Below are positions 38,089 to 49,174 of a stretch of 52,962 bases of DNA, one piece after another. A model generated the notes under the pieces. It did not search any database, was not told the origin of the DNA, and was given only the letters and a program-made list of their open reading frames with translations. The first letter of the stretch is position 1. Each line of letters opens with the position of its first letter. Position numbers and translations under genes: made by a program. The stretch covers positions 1 to 52,962 of the forward strand of contig CALBLG010000210.1 in the NCBI GenBank assembly GCA_937895975.1, written 5' to 3'. The stretch is from an uncultured Slackia sp. GTDB taxonomy: Bacteria > Actinomycetota > Coriobacteriia > Coriobacteriales > Eggerthellaceae.

Positions 38089-39096
38089 TTACTCGGCGTC
38101 CTCGGACTTGACCCACGAGAACATGTCGCGAATCTTCGCGCCGGTCTTCTCGATTTCGTGGTTGTTGATGGCCTCGCGCTGCTCGAGCAGCCACTTGTGG
38201 TTGTTCTTGCAGTCGGCAACGAACTCGCGAGCAAAGTCGCCGTTCTGGATGCGATGCAGGATTTCCTTCATCGCCTCGCGGGACTGCTCGTTGATGACCT
38301 TCGGGCCAGCATAGTACTCGCCGTACTCAGCAGTGTTGGAGATGGAGTAGTTCATGAAGTGGATGCCCGATTCGTACATCAGGTCGACAATCATCTTCAT
38401 CTCGTGGTAGCACTCGAAGTACGCGAGCTCGGGCGGATAGCCAGCCTCGGTCAGGGTCTCGAAACCAGCCTTCACCAGCTCGACAAGGCCGCCGCAGAGC
38501 ACTGCCTGCTCGCCGAAGAGGTCTTCCTCGGTCTCCTGGGCGAAGGTCGCCTTGATGATGCCGGAGCGGGCACCGCCGACGCCCCAGCAGTAGGACATGG
38601 CGATATCCCACGCATCGCCCGTGGCGTCCTGAGCGACGCACGCGAGGTCGGGCACGCCAGAGCCCTCGGTGAACTGACGGCGAACGATGTGGCCCGGGCC
38701 CTTAGGAGCGCACATGATGACGTTGACGTCCTCGGGGGCCTTGATGTAGCCGTAGTGGATGTTGAAACCATGGGCGAACGCGAGGGTGTCGCCAGCATGC
38801 AGATGCGGAGCGATGTGCTGCTCGTAAACCTCGGGCTGCAGCTCATCGGGGATCAGGATCATGATGACGTCGGCCTCTTCGGCAGCCTCGTCCTCGAGCA
38901 TAACTTTCAGACCAGCCTCTTCGGCCTTCGCCCAGCTCTTGGAACCTTCGCGCAGACCAACGCGAACATCAACGCCCGAATCCATGAGGTTGAGCGCATG
39001 AGCATGGCCCTGCGAGCCATAGCCGATGATGGCGACCTTCTTGCCCTTGATGACCTCGGGGTTCACATCGTTCTCGTAATAGATAGTAACAGCCAT
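38089..39096 (-). CDS. ilvC: Ketol-acid reductoisomerase
   Basis: '[12 protein letters not shown]', 'APKGPGH', '[12 protein letters not shown]'. Confidence 0.97.
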   Translation of the reverse strand: MAVTIYYENDVNPEVIKGKKVAIIGYGSQGHAHALNLMDSGVDVRVGLREGSKSWAKAEEAGLKVMLEDEAAEEADVIMILIPDELQPEVYEQHIAPHLHAGDTLAFAHGFNIHYGYIKAPEDVNVIMCAPKGPGHIVRRQFTEGSGVPDLACVAQDATGDAWDIAMSYCWGVGGARSGIIKATFAQETEEDLFGEQAVLCGGLVELVKAGFETLTEAGYPPELAYFECYHEMKMIVDLMYESGIHFMNYSISNTAEYGEYYAGPKVINEQSREAMKEILHRIQNGDFAREFVADCKNNHKWLLEQREAINNHEIEKTGAKIRDMFSWVKSEDAE

Positions 39097-39141
39097 GGTT
39101 TCTCCTTTTCTTTGACTGTATGCAACGAATGAATGTATCTG

Positions 39142-39624
39142 CTAGTCCTTGGAATTCCTGGACATCGCGATTTTGCCGGTGCGGACGAGTTGCTTCAGGC
39201 CGTAGGCGCGGAAGAGGTCTTCCATCGCTTCGAGCTTGCTCTCGTCGCCCGTCGCCTCGATCGTGAGCGAGTTGCGGCCCACATCGACAATGTTGGCACG
39301 GAACACGTTCGCAATTTCGATAATCTCGTGGCGTCGCTCGGCCGGGGCGCTCACCTTGAACAGCGCCAACTCGCGCTCGATCGCGTCCTCGTCGGTGAGG
39401 TCGGTGATCTTGTACACGCTTACCAGCTTGTGCAACTGCTTGGTGATTTGCTCGTAGCCAACTTCGTCAGCGTTCACGATGGCGGTAAGGCGGCTCATCG
39501 TGGGGTCCTCGGTGGGAGCAACGGTGAGCGATTCGATATTGAAACCGCGGCGAGAAATCATACCGGTGACGCGCGAAAGCACGCCCGACTTGTTCTCGAC
39601 CAGCACGGAAAGGATGTGCTTCAT
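39142..39624 (-). CDS. ilvN: Acetolactate synthase small subunit
   Basis: ACT domain 'LVENKSGVLSRV..RRGFNIESL', 'ERELAL'. Confidence 0.95.
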   Translation of the reverse strand: MKHILSVLVENKSGVLSRVTGMISRRGFNIESLTVAPTEDPTMSRLTAIVNADEVGYEQITKQLHKLVSVYKITDLTDEDAIERELALFKVSAPAERRHEIIEIANVFRANIVDVGRNSLTIEATGDESKLEAMEDLFRAYGLKQLVRTGKIAMSRNSKD

Positions 39625-41489
39625 TATTGTTCAGCCCCTTCCTTGTCGGCCTTCTTGCCAGCGCCTGCTCCGTTCACGCGCACAGCGCCCAGCGTGACGT
39701 CGATCGCGCCGATGACGTTGTCAAGCGCCGCGCCCGGCGCGACCATCGGGTATACGTTCTGATCGGCCGAAATCGCCACATCAAGCAGGTACGGCTTGTC
39801 GCTGGCAAGCATGCGCTCGATGGCGGCGGGCACGTCTTCAGGCTTTTCCACCCGCTCGGCTTCCCACGAATACGCGTCGGCGAGCTTCACGAAATCGGGG
39901 TTCGCGTCGAGCACCGTGGACGAGTAGCGCTCGTGGTAGAACAGCTTCTGCCACTGGTGCACCATGCCCAGCGCGCGGTTATCGAGCAGGAACACTTTCA
40001 CGGCCGCGCCGTTGATGGCGGCGGTGGCCATTTCCTGGCTGTTCATCTGGAACGAGCCGTCACCGGCCACGCACACGACCTGCTTGTCGGGACAGCCGAT
40101 TTTAGCGCCAATGGCCGCAGGGAAGCCGAAGCCCATGGTGCCAAGGCCGCCACTGGAAAGGAACGTGCGGGCGTGCTCGCGGGCGATGTGCTGATGAGCC
40201 CACATTTGGTGCTGTCCCACTTCGGTGGTGACGACGGAATTGTCGGGGTCGAGCTGCTTCGACAGCTCGTCAAGCGCGACCTCGGGGACAATCTGGTTCG
40301 GGTAGTCGCTGAACTGGTCGTCGTAGTACGGCCAGCGCTCGCGCCACTCGTTCACCATTTCGACCCACGCGTCATCGTTGGGCGTGGCGCCCGATTTCTC
40401 GAGCTGGGCCACGATGCCGCCCAAAATGCCCTGAGCGTCGCCGACGATGGGTACGTTCGCCTCGCGGATCTTGCCGATTTCGGCGGGGTCGATGTCAATA
40501 TGGATGACCTTGGCGTTCGGCGCGAACTCATCAAGCTTGCCGGTAACGCGGTCGCTGAATCGCGCGCCCGCGGCAATGATGAGGTCGCATTCCGTCATGG
40601 CCATGTTGGCGTACTTGGAGCCATGCATGCCCACGGGGCCCAAGCTCAACGGGTGCGAACTGGGGAAACAGCCCTTGCCGATAAGCGTGGTAACCACGGG
40701 AATCTGCATGGCCTCGGCCAATGCCTTGAGCTCGGCGCAGGCATGCGAACTCACGATGCCGCCGCCAGCGTAGAGCAGCGGGCGCTTCGACTGCTGGATA
40801 AGAGCCGTGGCCTGCTTGATCTGTTTCGCGTTGCCTTTGTAGGTGGGGCGATAGCTGGGGATGTTCACGCTGTCGGGGTAGTGGAACACCATCTCGGCGC
40901 CCTGCAAATCGCTGGGAATGTCGATGAGCACCGGGCCCGGACGACCGGTGGAGGCGATATAGAACGCCTCGCGGAACGTTTGGGTAAGCTCGTCGGTGGA
41001 CTGCAGCAGGAAGCTGTGCTTCACGATGGGCATGGTGATGCCCACGATGTCAGATTCCTGGAACGCGTCGGTGCCGATGACGCCGCGCGTCACCTGGCCC
41101 GAAATAACCACCATGGGGATGGAGTCCATATAGGCCGTGGCGATGCCGGTGACGGTATTGGTGGCACCCGGGCCGCTGGTTACCAGCACAACGCCCACTT
41201 TCCCCGTGGCGCGCGCATAGCCATCGGCCATGTGCGTGGCGCCCTGCTCGTGGCGAGCCAGCACATGGTGCAGCTGCTTGCTATCGTAGAGCGCGTCATA
41301 GATTTTAATGGCTTGGCCGCCGGGGTAGCCGAACACGGTGTCGACGCCCTCGGCTTCGAGCGATGCGATAATCGCCTGGGCGCCGGTAAGCGTTTTGCCC
41401 TCGTGCTCGGTGTGGCTGCCGGGGCCAAGCGGCTTGCCTTCAATGGCCAGCTGCTTTTGGGCCAGCTTGTCGTTTAAGGTATTCGTCAT
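39624..41489 (-). CDS. ilvB: Acetolactate synthase large subunit
   Basis: 'FGYPGG', 'RHEQGA', 'TSGPGATN', 'GQHQMW', TPP motif 'GDGSFQMN'. Confidence 0.96.
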   Translation of the reverse strand: MTNTLNDKLAQKQLAIEGKPLGPGSHTEHEGKTLTGAQAIIASLEAEGVDTVFGYPGGQAIKIYDALYDSKQLHHVLARHEQGATHMADGYARATGKVGVVLVTSGPGATNTVTGIATAYMDSIPMVVISGQVTRGVIGTDAFQESDIVGITMPIVKHSFLLQSTDELTQTFREAFYIASTGRPGPVLIDIPSDLQGAEMVFHYPDSVNIPSYRPTYKGNAKQIKQATALIQQSKRPLLYAGGGIVSSHACAELKALAEAMQIPVVTTLIGKGCFPSSHPLSLGPVGMHGSKYANMAMTECDLIIAAGARFSDRVTGKLDEFAPNAKVIHIDIDPAEIGKIREANVPIVGDAQGILGGIVAQLEKSGATPNDDAWVEMVNEWRERWPYYDDQFSDYPNQIVPEVALDELSKQLDPDNSVVTTEVGQHQMWAHQHIAREHARTFLSSGGLGTMGFGFPAAIGAKIGCPDKQVVCVAGDGSFQMNSQEMATAAINGAAVKVFLLDNRALGMVHQWQKLFYHERYSSTVLDANPDFVKLADAYSWEAERVEKPEDVPAAIERMLASDKPYLLDVAISADQNVYPMVAPGAALDNVIGAIDVTLGAVRVNGAGAGKKADKEGAEQ

Positions 41490-43162
41490 GACAGGTATGC
41501 TCCCTTGTCGGCGCTAGAGACGAGCTTCGCGTACTTCGCGAGCACGCCATGATTGTGCTTGGGCGCGGGTGCCACGAACGCGGCGCGACGAGCCTCCAGC
41601 TCTTCGTCGGAAACATGCAACTCGAGCTTGCCGCCTTCGATGTCGACGGTAATCTGGTCGCCGTCTTCGATGAGAGCGATGGGGCCGCCAGCTGCGGCTT
41701 CGGGGCTCACGTGTCCAACGCAGGGGCCCTTGGAGGCGCCAGAGAAGCGACCGTCGGTCAGCAGCGCGACGCTCTTGGACAGGCCCATGCCCACGATGGC
41801 GCTGGTGGGCGTCAGCATTTCGCGCATGCCCGGGCCGCCCTTCGGGCCCTCGTAGCGGATGACCACCACGTCGCCGGGCTTAATCTCGCCGGCGAAGATG
41901 GCGTCGCACGCTTCTTCCTCGCTGTTGAAGCAGCGGGCCGGGCCGGTATGCGTCAGCATGCTCGGGTCGACGGCGCTCTTCTTCACGATGCCGCCATCAG
42001 GCGCAATGTTGCCATGCAGCACGCGCAGGGCGCCAACCTTGCTGAACGGGTTGTCGTGCGTGCGGCACACCTCGCCGTCGGCCGGCTTGGTACAATTGGC
42101 GATGTATTCGTCCATGGAGCCCATGCAGGTGGTGGCGCTCATGTCCAGCAGGCCAAGCTCGGCGAGCTCGTGCATGACCACCGGCACGCCGCCCACGGCG
42201 TACAGGTCGATGAGCGGGCGCGGGCCGGAAGGCTGCAGCTTCACCAGGTGCGGGGTGCGGGCGCTTGCCGCATCCCAATCGTCCATGGTGATGGGATGGC
42301 CCGCCTCCATGGCGATGGCGGTAAGGTGCAGCACCGTGTTGGTGGAGCCGCCGAATGCCATGTCGCACTCCATGGCGTTGTGGATGGCCGCCTCGGAAAT
42401 GATGTCTTTGATGCAGATGTTCTTTTCCAGCAGCTCCATAACCTTCATGCCAGCATGTTTGGCCAGACGCAGGCGCTCGGAGTACACGGCGGGAATGGTG
42501 CCGTTGCCCGGAAGCGCGATGCCCAAGGCCTCGCACAGGCAGTTCATGGAATTAGCAGTGAACATGCCCGAGCAGCTGCCGCACGTGGGGCACGCGGTGT
42601 TCTCGTAGAACTTCAGCTGTTCGTCGGTCATGGTACCGGCTTTCACCTGGCCAGCACCGTCGAACAGGGTGTTCAAGTCGGTGGTGGGGCCATCGGTGCA
42701 GCCGGGCTGGTGACCGGGAAGCATGGGGCCGCCGGACACGAACACCGTGGGGATGTTAACGCGCAGGGCGCCCAGGATCATGCCGGGGACGATTTTGTCG
42801 CAGTTCGGAATGCACACGGCCGCGTCGAACGCGTGGCCCTGAACGGCGCATTCGAAGCTGTCGGCGATGGCTTCGCGCGAAACCAGCGAGTAATGCATGC
42901 CGTCGTGGTTCATGGCAATGCCGTCGCACACGCCGATGGTGGAAATCTCGAACGGCACGCCGCCGGCCATGTAAATGCCAGCCTTCACGGCTTCGCAAAT
43001 CTTATCGAGGTTGTTGTGACCAGGAATAATGTCGTTACGCGAGTTGAACACCGCAACAAGCGGGCGTTCCATCTCTTCATCGGTAAGGCCGTCAGCCTTC
43101 AGAAGGCTGCGGTGAGGGGCACGCGCCACGCCTTTCTTGACGGCATCGCTACGAAGCTGCAT
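41486..43162 (-). CDS. ilvD: Dihydroxy-acid dehydratase
   Basis: 'CDGIAM', 'NCDK', '[10 protein letters not shown]', '[10 protein letters not shown]', 'TDGRFSG'. Confidence 0.97.
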   Translation of the reverse strand: MQLRSDAVKKGVARAPHRSLLKADGLTDEEMERPLVAVFNSRNDIIPGHNNLDKICEAVKAGIYMAGGVPFEISTIGVCDGIAMNHDGMHYSLVSREAIADSFECAVQGHAFDAAVCIPNCDKIVPGMILGALRVNIPTVFVSGGPMLPGHQPGCTDGPTTDLNTLFDGAGQVKAGTMTDEQLKFYENTACPTCGSCSGMFTANSMNCLCEALGIALPGNGTIPAVYSERLRLAKHAGMKVMELLEKNICIKDIISEAAIHNAMECDMAFGGSTNTVLHLTAIAMEAGHPITMDDWDAASARTPHLVKLQPSGPRPLIDLYAVGGVPVVMHELAELGLLDMSATTCMGSMDEYIANCTKPADGEVCRTHDNPFSKVGALRVLHGNIAPDGGIVKKSAVDPSMLTHTGPARCFNSEEEACDAIFAGEIKPGDVVVIRYEGPKGGPGMREMLTPTSAIVGMGLSKSVALLTDGRFSGASKGPCVGHVSPEAAAGGPIALIEDGDQITVDIEGGKLELHVSDEELEARRAAFVAPAPKHNHGVLAKYAKLVSSADKGAYLS

Positions 43163-43164
43163 CG

Positions 43165-43417
43165 TTTCTTCCTCTTTCCTTCAAGCGTTTCGCTTACCTC
43201 AAGGAAATGCGGGCGAGGGAGAGGCTCCGTGCTCGATGCCTATAACGGAAGGCGCCGGCGTTGCATACTGGAAGGTGGCGCGCGGTGGTGTTCCGCGTTG
43301 GCCAGCTGCGTTCAGCTTCGCTGCTCGAGGGAGTTTTCGGAGCCGTCCACCGCAGGTTCTGAGGCTTCCTGCTTGCTGTGGGATGGATTCGTTCCTACTC
43401 GCCCTGTCTTCGCATTT
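43165..43417 (-). promoter_or_regulatory. T-box-like riboswitch leader of ilvDBNC, Leu (CUC) specifier, atypical 3' domain
   Basis: TATAAT at 43432-43437; stem I 'GCGAAGA.AGG..AGTA ... AGCAAG ... GAAAACTCCCTCGAGC'; stem IIA/B 'GCC..CCGTTA..GGC ... ACGG'. Confidence 0.7.
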
Positions 43418-43821
43418 GTTGAGTGACGTTGATTATACGGAGCGCGCCGCCGAGCGCAAGGGGTGCGCGCACTTTATTTCGATAAAGTGAACGAACTTCA
43501 CAAAACGGCGACCCATGTTGCGAACGGTCAACTTTTCGGCGTCAACGGAAGCGAGCAGACCGCTCGCGGGAAGCAGTGCGCCGCTTGCCTGCGGCGCACT
43601 GCGATGGCCGCCAGGAGCATGATCGACGGCCCCTTCCCCGAAAGTCCTCGCTGCTAGGCGTTGCGCGCCCGCAGCAGCGGCCGCGCGCGGCGGATTGCCT
43701 TGCGTTCAGGTGCCTTGCCGGCGCATGAACGCAAGGCATCGGGTTGGTAACGACGGCGCAACGGTGGCGTTTCCGCGGCGTTGCGCCCGTACTATGGTGC
43801 GTGCGCGGAAAGGAAGCTTAT

Positions 43822-44724
43822 ATGCAGCCAACGAGCACAATTCAGCATGCCAACGAACAACTCGCTTCACCCCAAATAGCACCGACATGCCCCACATCGC
43901 CAACGAACGCGCTCGGCGCTCACGAGCGCGAGGAGCAGGCCCTTCCTTCTATCGAATTGCCACCCGATGCCGATTTTTATGGCGATTACTTACAGAAACT
44001 AAAGGAAATTACCTGGCGTTTTGAGATTTCACTTGAAACCTATCTCATGGAACGCGGCATAAATCGCGAACGCAAGCCCATCTCATCGTGGAAAACACGC
44101 ATCAAATCGCCCGACAGCATGAAAGAGAAGCTCGCCAAGCGCGGATTCGAGCCCACCGCCGAAAACGCCGTGTATGCCGTGCACGACGCGGCGGGCGTGC
44201 GCGTGATTTGCCCCCTGGTCGACGACGTGGCGTCGGTAGCGCAATTCATTCGCGAACTGCCGTGCTTCGAAGTGGTACAGGAAAAAGATTATATTTTGCA
44301 CCCAAAGCCCAATGGGTACCGCAGCTACCACATGATTCTCGCACGCACGAGCGATTCAAAGCTCGACCCCGAAGCTACGCGTTTGGCAGCAACCAAGGCG
44401 GCCATCGAAGCGCGGGAAGTATCGCTCTCCCAGCTCATCGACCACGTGAACACGACGGGTGCATTGGGCGGTATCGAGCCGGAAAGCGCCGAGGGGCAGA
44501 ACTCCGCAAACGAGTCGTTCGAATTCGGGCGCCGCATGTGCCTCGAGGTGCAGCTGCGCACCATTGCCATGGACAGCTGGGCCAGCATCGAGCACGAGCT
44601 GAAATACAAGAAAGACGTGCCGAACCAAGACTTCCTGCAGGCCGAGCTGAAGCGCTGCGCCGACGAAATGGCCGCAACCGATCTATCGTTGCAGACCATC
44701 GCCGACCTGATTAGCGAAAAGTAA
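43822..44724 (+). CDS. Small alarmone synthetase (GTP pyrophosphokinase, RelP/RelQ-like)
   Basis: 'RIKSPDS..EK', 'D.AGVRV', 'KDYI..PKPNGYRSYH', 'EVQLRTIAMD.WASIEH.L.YK'. Confidence 0.9.
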   Translation: MQPTSTIQHANEQLASPQIAPTCPTSPTNALGAHEREEQALPSIELPPDADFYGDYLQKLKEITWRFEISLETYLMERGINRERKPISSWKTRIKSPDSMKEKLAKRGFEPTAENAVYAVHDAAGVRVICPLVDDVASVAQFIRELPCFEVVQEKDYILHPKPNGYRSYHMILARTSDSKLDPEATRLAATKAAIEAREVSLSQLIDHVNTTGALGGIEPESAEGQNSANESFEFGRRMCLEVQLRTIAMDSWASIEHELKYKKDVPNQDFLQAELKRCADEMAATDLSLQTIADLISEK

Positions 44725-44911
44725 TTTTCATTTTCTGGCAATTTTTCGAGTTTCCGGGGCACTTGACGAGGCCACGGAGGCGTCTTACCCCATTGGTCAT
44801 GCGATTTATGTCAAAATGACCGGTATATCTTGCATTTTGGAGCACTCACGAACAATCTACCGAGCAAAAAGCCCCGGAAACTCGATTTTCCGCCAAAAAT
44901 AAGCGACTTGC

Positions 44912-46102
44912 TTACACAGAGGCCCTTCGAGCCTTAACGGCGGCCTCGAGGCGATCGCACGCCTCTTGCACCATAGGCGTGGGGCTTGCGATGTTCATGC
45001 GAATGAAGCCGGAGCCCTGGGGGCCGAACATCGTACCCATATCGAGCCACAACTTCGCGTCGTTCGAGATAAACGCTGCAAGTTCGTCGTCGTCCATGTC
45101 AAGCGCCGAGCAATCGATCCACGGCAAATACGTGCTTTCGAGCGGCGTCAGTTCAAGGCCCGGCGTGCGTGCAATCATTGCCTCAAGCACAGCGTAGTTT
45201 TCCTCGAGCTTCGCCTTCAACTGGGCAAACCACTCGTCGCCATGCTCGTAGCACGCCTGCGCCGCGCACATGCCCAGGCAATTCGGCTCATCGTAGCCCG
45301 TACGACCCAGCATGCGCTTGAACGCTGCACGCAAGTCGGCATTCGGAATGAAGATGTTACAAATCTGCAGGCCAGCCAGGTTGAACGTCTTCGACGGCGA
45401 TGTGCACAGCACTACGTTCTGCGCGAACTTTTCGCCCAAACTCGCAAACGGCACATGCGTCACGCCCGGGCGCGCGAAATCGGCATGAATTTCGTCGGAG
45501 ACGACCGTCACGCCATGCGCCAGGCAAATCTCGCCCACGCGTCGCAGTTCGTCGGCCGACCATTCTCGCCCCACGGGGTTGTGAGGGCTGCACAGAATGA
45601 ACAGTTTCGCGCCGCTTTGCTCAAGCGTGCGCTCGAAGCCTTCGAAATCCATGGCATAGCGCCCGGTTTCGGCATCGCGCACAAGCGGGCTTTCGGCCAC
45701 GCGACGGCCGTTGTTTTCGATCATCAGGCGAAACGGGTAATATACCGGCGGCTGAATGAGCACGCAATCGCCCGGTTGCGTGTAGGCGCGAATGGCCGTG
45801 GCCAGCGCGAACACCACGCCCGGCGCGTGCACGGTCCACTCGCGACGGGGGCGCCAGCCGTGATGGCGCTCGAACCAGCTCTGCACCGCCGCGTGATAGG
45901 CATCGGTGGTCATGGTGTAGCCGAACACGCCATGCGCCACGCGCACCTGCAGCGCCTCGATGACCTCGGGCATAGCGCGGAAATCCATATCGGCGACCCA
46001 TAACGGCAGCTCATCGGCCGAATGGCCCCGGCGCGCGTACGCGTCCCACTTCAAGCTGCCCGTGCCGCGACGCTCGAGCGGCGTTTCAAAATCGTATTTC
46101 AT
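44912..46102 (-). CDS. patB: MalY/PatB family PLP-dependent C-S lyase (cystathionine beta-lyase)
   Basis: 'SLKWD', 'WVADMDF', 'CSPHNPVGR', 'SDEIH', 'SPSKTFNLAG'. Confidence 0.9.
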   Translation of the reverse strand: MKYDFETPLERRGTGSLKWDAYARRGHSADELPLWVADMDFRAMPEVIEALQVRVAHGVFGYTMTTDAYHAAVQSWFERHHGWRPRREWTVHAPGVVFALATAIRAYTQPGDCVLIQPPVYYPFRLMIENNGRRVAESPLVRDAETGRYAMDFEGFERTLEQSGAKLFILCSPHNPVGREWSADELRRVGEICLAHGVTVVSDEIHADFARPGVTHVPFASLGEKFAQNVVLCTSPSKTFNLAGLQICNIFIPNADLRAAFKRMLGRTGYDEPNCLGMCAAQACYEHGDEWFAQLKAKLEENYAVLEAMIARTPGLELTPLESTYLPWIDCSALDMDDDELAAFISNDAKLWLDMGTMFGPQGSGFIRMNIASPTPMVQEACDRLEAAVKARRASV

Positions 46103-46255
46103 GCAAGTCTCCTTTGCGTCATTGTCGCCAGCGCGGCACGCTCATCGCCAGCGCGGCGCATGCCCATGCGTTAGCAAGACTGCGGCGCGACGCGAACCCG
46201 CCAGCATGCCGGCCCGCAAGCGCGCAGCCTGTCCCGCGAAGCAGTCCGCAGGGCG

Positions 46256-47467
46256 CTAGGCGAGTGCCTGCTCCAAATCGGCAAGCAAATCTTCCACGTC
46301 TTCGATGCCCACCGACAAACGCAGCAGACGTTCGTCGATGCCAAGGGCATCGCGCATTTCGGCCGGAATGGAGCCGTGCGTTTGCACGAGCGGGTACGTC
46401 ATCAGCGACTCCGCGCCGCCCAGGCTTTCCGCAAACAGAACGAGTTTCGTGCGCTCCAAGGCGTCCACCGCGCGCTGTTTCGTGTCGGTCTTGAACGAAA
46501 TCATGGCGCCGAAGCCCGTCGTTTGGCGCAGCGAGCGCTGGTAATTCGGATGGTCGGGGCTGCCCACGTAGTGCACCTCGGTCACATGCGGGTTGCTCTT
46601 CAAAAACTCGGCGATGCGCAGCGCGTTCTTCTCTTGCTGGCGCAGACGCACGCCGAGCGTTTTCAAGCTGCGAATCATCAGCCAGCTGTCAAACGGCGCC
46701 AGCTGGTTGCCTTCGCTCATCGCCGCGTTGAACAGAGGTTCAATAAGCTCTTCGTCGCGCACCACCAAAAAGCCCGACAGCACATCGTTGTGGCCGCACA
46801 AATATTTCGTGCCACTGTACACCACGATATCGGCGCCGAAATCGAATGGGCGCTGGAAATACATGGTCAGAAACGTGTTGTCCACGGCAAGCAGCGCGCC
46901 ATGGACATGCGCCGCGTCGGCCACGGCGGCGATGTCGGCAACTTTCATCATGGGGTTCGTGGGCGTTTCCAAAAACACGAGGCGCGTATTGGGGCGAAAC
47001 GCCGCTTCAAGTGCGGCCTCGTCGGTGAGGTCGGCATAGGTGAATTCCAGACCGTATTGCGAAAAAACCTGCGAGAACAGGCGGTACGTGCCGCCATATA
47101 AATCATCGCTGACCACGGCGTGGTCACCCGATTTCATGAGCTTTATCAGGCACGATATGGCTGCCATACCGCTGGAAAATGCCATGGCTTTCTTGCCGCC
47201 TTCAAGCGCCGCAATGGTGTTTTCGAGCTCGAGGCGCGTGGGATTGCCGCAACGTGAATAGCAATAACCGGTCGATTGGCCGAACGCCGGGTGTGCAAAC
47301 GTGGCCGACTGATAAATAGGGAAGCTGATGGAGCCGGTGTCTTTATCGACACCGCGATAGCCGCGCACCGCAACAGAGTCGGTACGCAGACCACTACATC
47401 GAGCCTCATCGATGCCCAGCAATCCGTCGATTTCTGCCGCCATTGCTTTGAAGCTCGAGTCGTCCAT
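46256..47467 (-). CDS. metB: Cys/Met metabolism PLP enzyme, probably cystathionine gamma-synthase
   Basis: 'YSR.GNPTR', 'FSSGMAA', 'YGGT', 'ETPTNP', 'DNTF', 'SGTKYL.GHND'; paired with patB. Confidence 0.82.
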   Translation of the reverse strand: MDDSSFKAMAAEIDGLLGIDEARCSGLRTDSVAVRGYRGVDKDTGSISFPIYQSATFAHPAFGQSTGYCYSRCGNPTRLELENTIAALEGGKKAMAFSSGMAAISCLIKLMKSGDHAVVSDDLYGGTYRLFSQVFSQYGLEFTYADLTDEAALEAAFRPNTRLVFLETPTNPMMKVADIAAVADAAHVHGALLAVDNTFLTMYFQRPFDFGADIVVYSGTKYLCGHNDVLSGFLVVRDEELIEPLFNAAMSEGNQLAPFDSWLMIRSLKTLGVRLRQQEKNALRIAEFLKSNPHVTEVHYVGSPDHPNYQRSLRQTTGFGAMISFKTDTKQRAVDALERTKLVLFAESLGGAESLMTYPLVQTHGSIPAEMRDALGIDERLLRLSVGIEDVEDLLADLEQALA

Positions 47468-47790
47468 GCGCCGCCCTTTCGTCCCATGATTTCACGTAAC
47501 GCATCATGGTAGCCGAAGCGAGACGAATCGTTGCCTAAATCCCTACCAGATATATAGGTTTTGCATATGGGAAACGTCAAATAGCATGCCGATGCATGAC
47601 AGTCGCCAATTACTGGCAGGAAATCGCGTTTCTGGGGCATATATCCGTTTGTTTGACGAACACGGAGGCCATCTTCCATCTCTAGAGGCAGGGATTGCAA
47701 TATATTTCTTACATTTTTTGTAACAGGTAACAAGAAACGGATGGTCAAAGCCCCACAAACTCAATTTTCTGCCAGAAAGCAGGGTTCCCC

Positions 47791-49062
47791 TTACTTCACC
47801 ACCACGCCCAGACCATCGGGGATCACAGCGACTTTCGCATCGTTGCCCTTGAGCGCGAATGCAATTTCGAGCGCTTCGTCAACGGTGCTGGCAGGCGTCA
47901 TATGCATGTCACGAATCATTTGATGGTCGCACAAATCGGTCACCATGATGACCGGGTGGTGCGTCAGAATGCGCGAAAGAATTTGGCTTTCCCACTGGTC
48001 GGCGAGCGTGTCTTCCTTGGGCGTTTGCGCGCACTGTCGCTCAAACGCAGCGGGGTCGTTTTGCGAGATGCTTTTGTAGAAACCCTCTCCGCCATGGCCG
48101 TCAGCACAACCCGCCACCTCGATGATCACGCCGCCTTCGGGCAGCGTCGCCTCGGCGGCACACATGCCCTTCACCGACTGATAAATATTTTGGTCCAGCG
48201 GATAACCGCCATTGGTCGTGATAGCAATATCGCAGTTCACGGGCGAAACCGCGCTCAACTTGCCCACGAATTCGCAACCAGCTGCATGCGCGGCTTTCCT
48301 ATCGCCGGCAAATGCCGCGATTACGTTATGGTCGCCGTCGATCACGACGTTCAAGATAAACGCGAGGTTCGCCATTTCGGCCGCCGCGAGCATGTCTTCA
48401 TGCATGCGGTTGTTGCGCAAGTTGCCCGCACGGCTTGCGCCATCGTTGATGAACTGGCCGTTGTGGTTGTACATGATGGTCTTGTACGATGCGATGCCCG
48501 GCAACACCGATTTACGCCCGCCCGAAAAACCGGCGAAAAAGTGCGGCTCGATGAAGCCCTCGGAAATCAGCAGGTCGGCTTCGGCCGCCACCTTGTTGAT
48601 GATGCATTCGCCGCCCGACGGCAGCGTGCCGATTTTCTTCATGGCTGCATCGTCTTTGGACACGTGCATCACGATTTCCTCGTTCGCCACAATATCGGCT
48701 CCGTATTTGGCGACCAACTCGTCGTGCGTTGAGGGGCGATGCATGCCCGTGGCCACCAAAATGCGCACGCGTGCCTCGGGCGCCGCCGCGTGAATGCGGC
48801 GCAGCAAAATGGGCATGGTAATGTGCGACGGCACGGGGCGCGTATGGTCGGAACTGATGATGACGATGTCGCGCTTGCCCTGGCACAGCTCTTCGAGGCG
48901 CGGCGAACCATACGGCGCATCGAGCGCGTCTTCCACGAGCTGCTCCTGCGGCTTTTCGGGAACGTATTCGCCCTGCCGCCCCGCGAGCACGCCCGCGAGA
49001 TTGGCCTCGGGAACGCGCACCGTCATAGTGCGGCGGTCGTAGGGAACTTCCATCTGGAACAT
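47791..49062 (-). CDS. larA: Nickel-pincer-dependent lactate racemase family protein
   Basis: 'SDHTRP', 'TGMHR', 'EPHFFAGFSGGRKS', 'GYPLDQNIYQSVKG'. Confidence 0.9.
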   Translation of the reverse strand: MFQMEVPYDRRTMTVRVPEANLAGVLAGRQGEYVPEKPQEQLVEDALDAPYGSPRLEELCQGKRDIVIISSDHTRPVPSHITMPILLRRIHAAAPEARVRILVATGMHRPSTHDELVAKYGADIVANEEIVMHVSKDDAAMKKIGTLPSGGECIINKVAAEADLLISEGFIEPHFFAGFSGGRKSVLPGIASYKTIMYNHNGQFINDGASRAGNLRNNRMHEDMLAAAEMANLAFILNVVIDGDHNVIAAFAGDRKAAHAAGCEFVGKLSAVSPVNCDIAITTNGGYPLDQNIYQSVKGMCAAEATLPEGGVIIEVAGCADGHGGEGFYKSISQNDPAAFERQCAQTPKEDTLADQWESQILSRILTHHPVIMVTDLCDHQMIRDMHMTPASTVDEALEIAFALKGNDAKVAVIPDGLGVVVK

Positions 49063-49174
49063 TGGGCGCTCCTATCGTCAGAAAAATCAGACCGCGCCGC
49101 CAAGCAGCATGGCGGCGGACCGCAAACAAAAAGGCGGCCCAAAAGCATCGCTTCAGGCCGCCGCACGTGCGCTG

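Noticed and set aside
43395..43415. Leader-peptide attenuator for the ilv operon (MRRQGE)
   Set aside because: No Leu/Ile/Val codons; the sequence is better explained as T-box stem I
43696..43738. 13-bp-arm hairpin upstream of the alarmone synthetase gene
   Set aside because: Single ordinary hairpin with no second copy or U tract; function not supportable
46125..46160. Two-unit 20-bp-period repeat (tcgccagcgcggc) between metB and patB
   Set aside because: Only two short units in GC-rich DNA; likely local slippage
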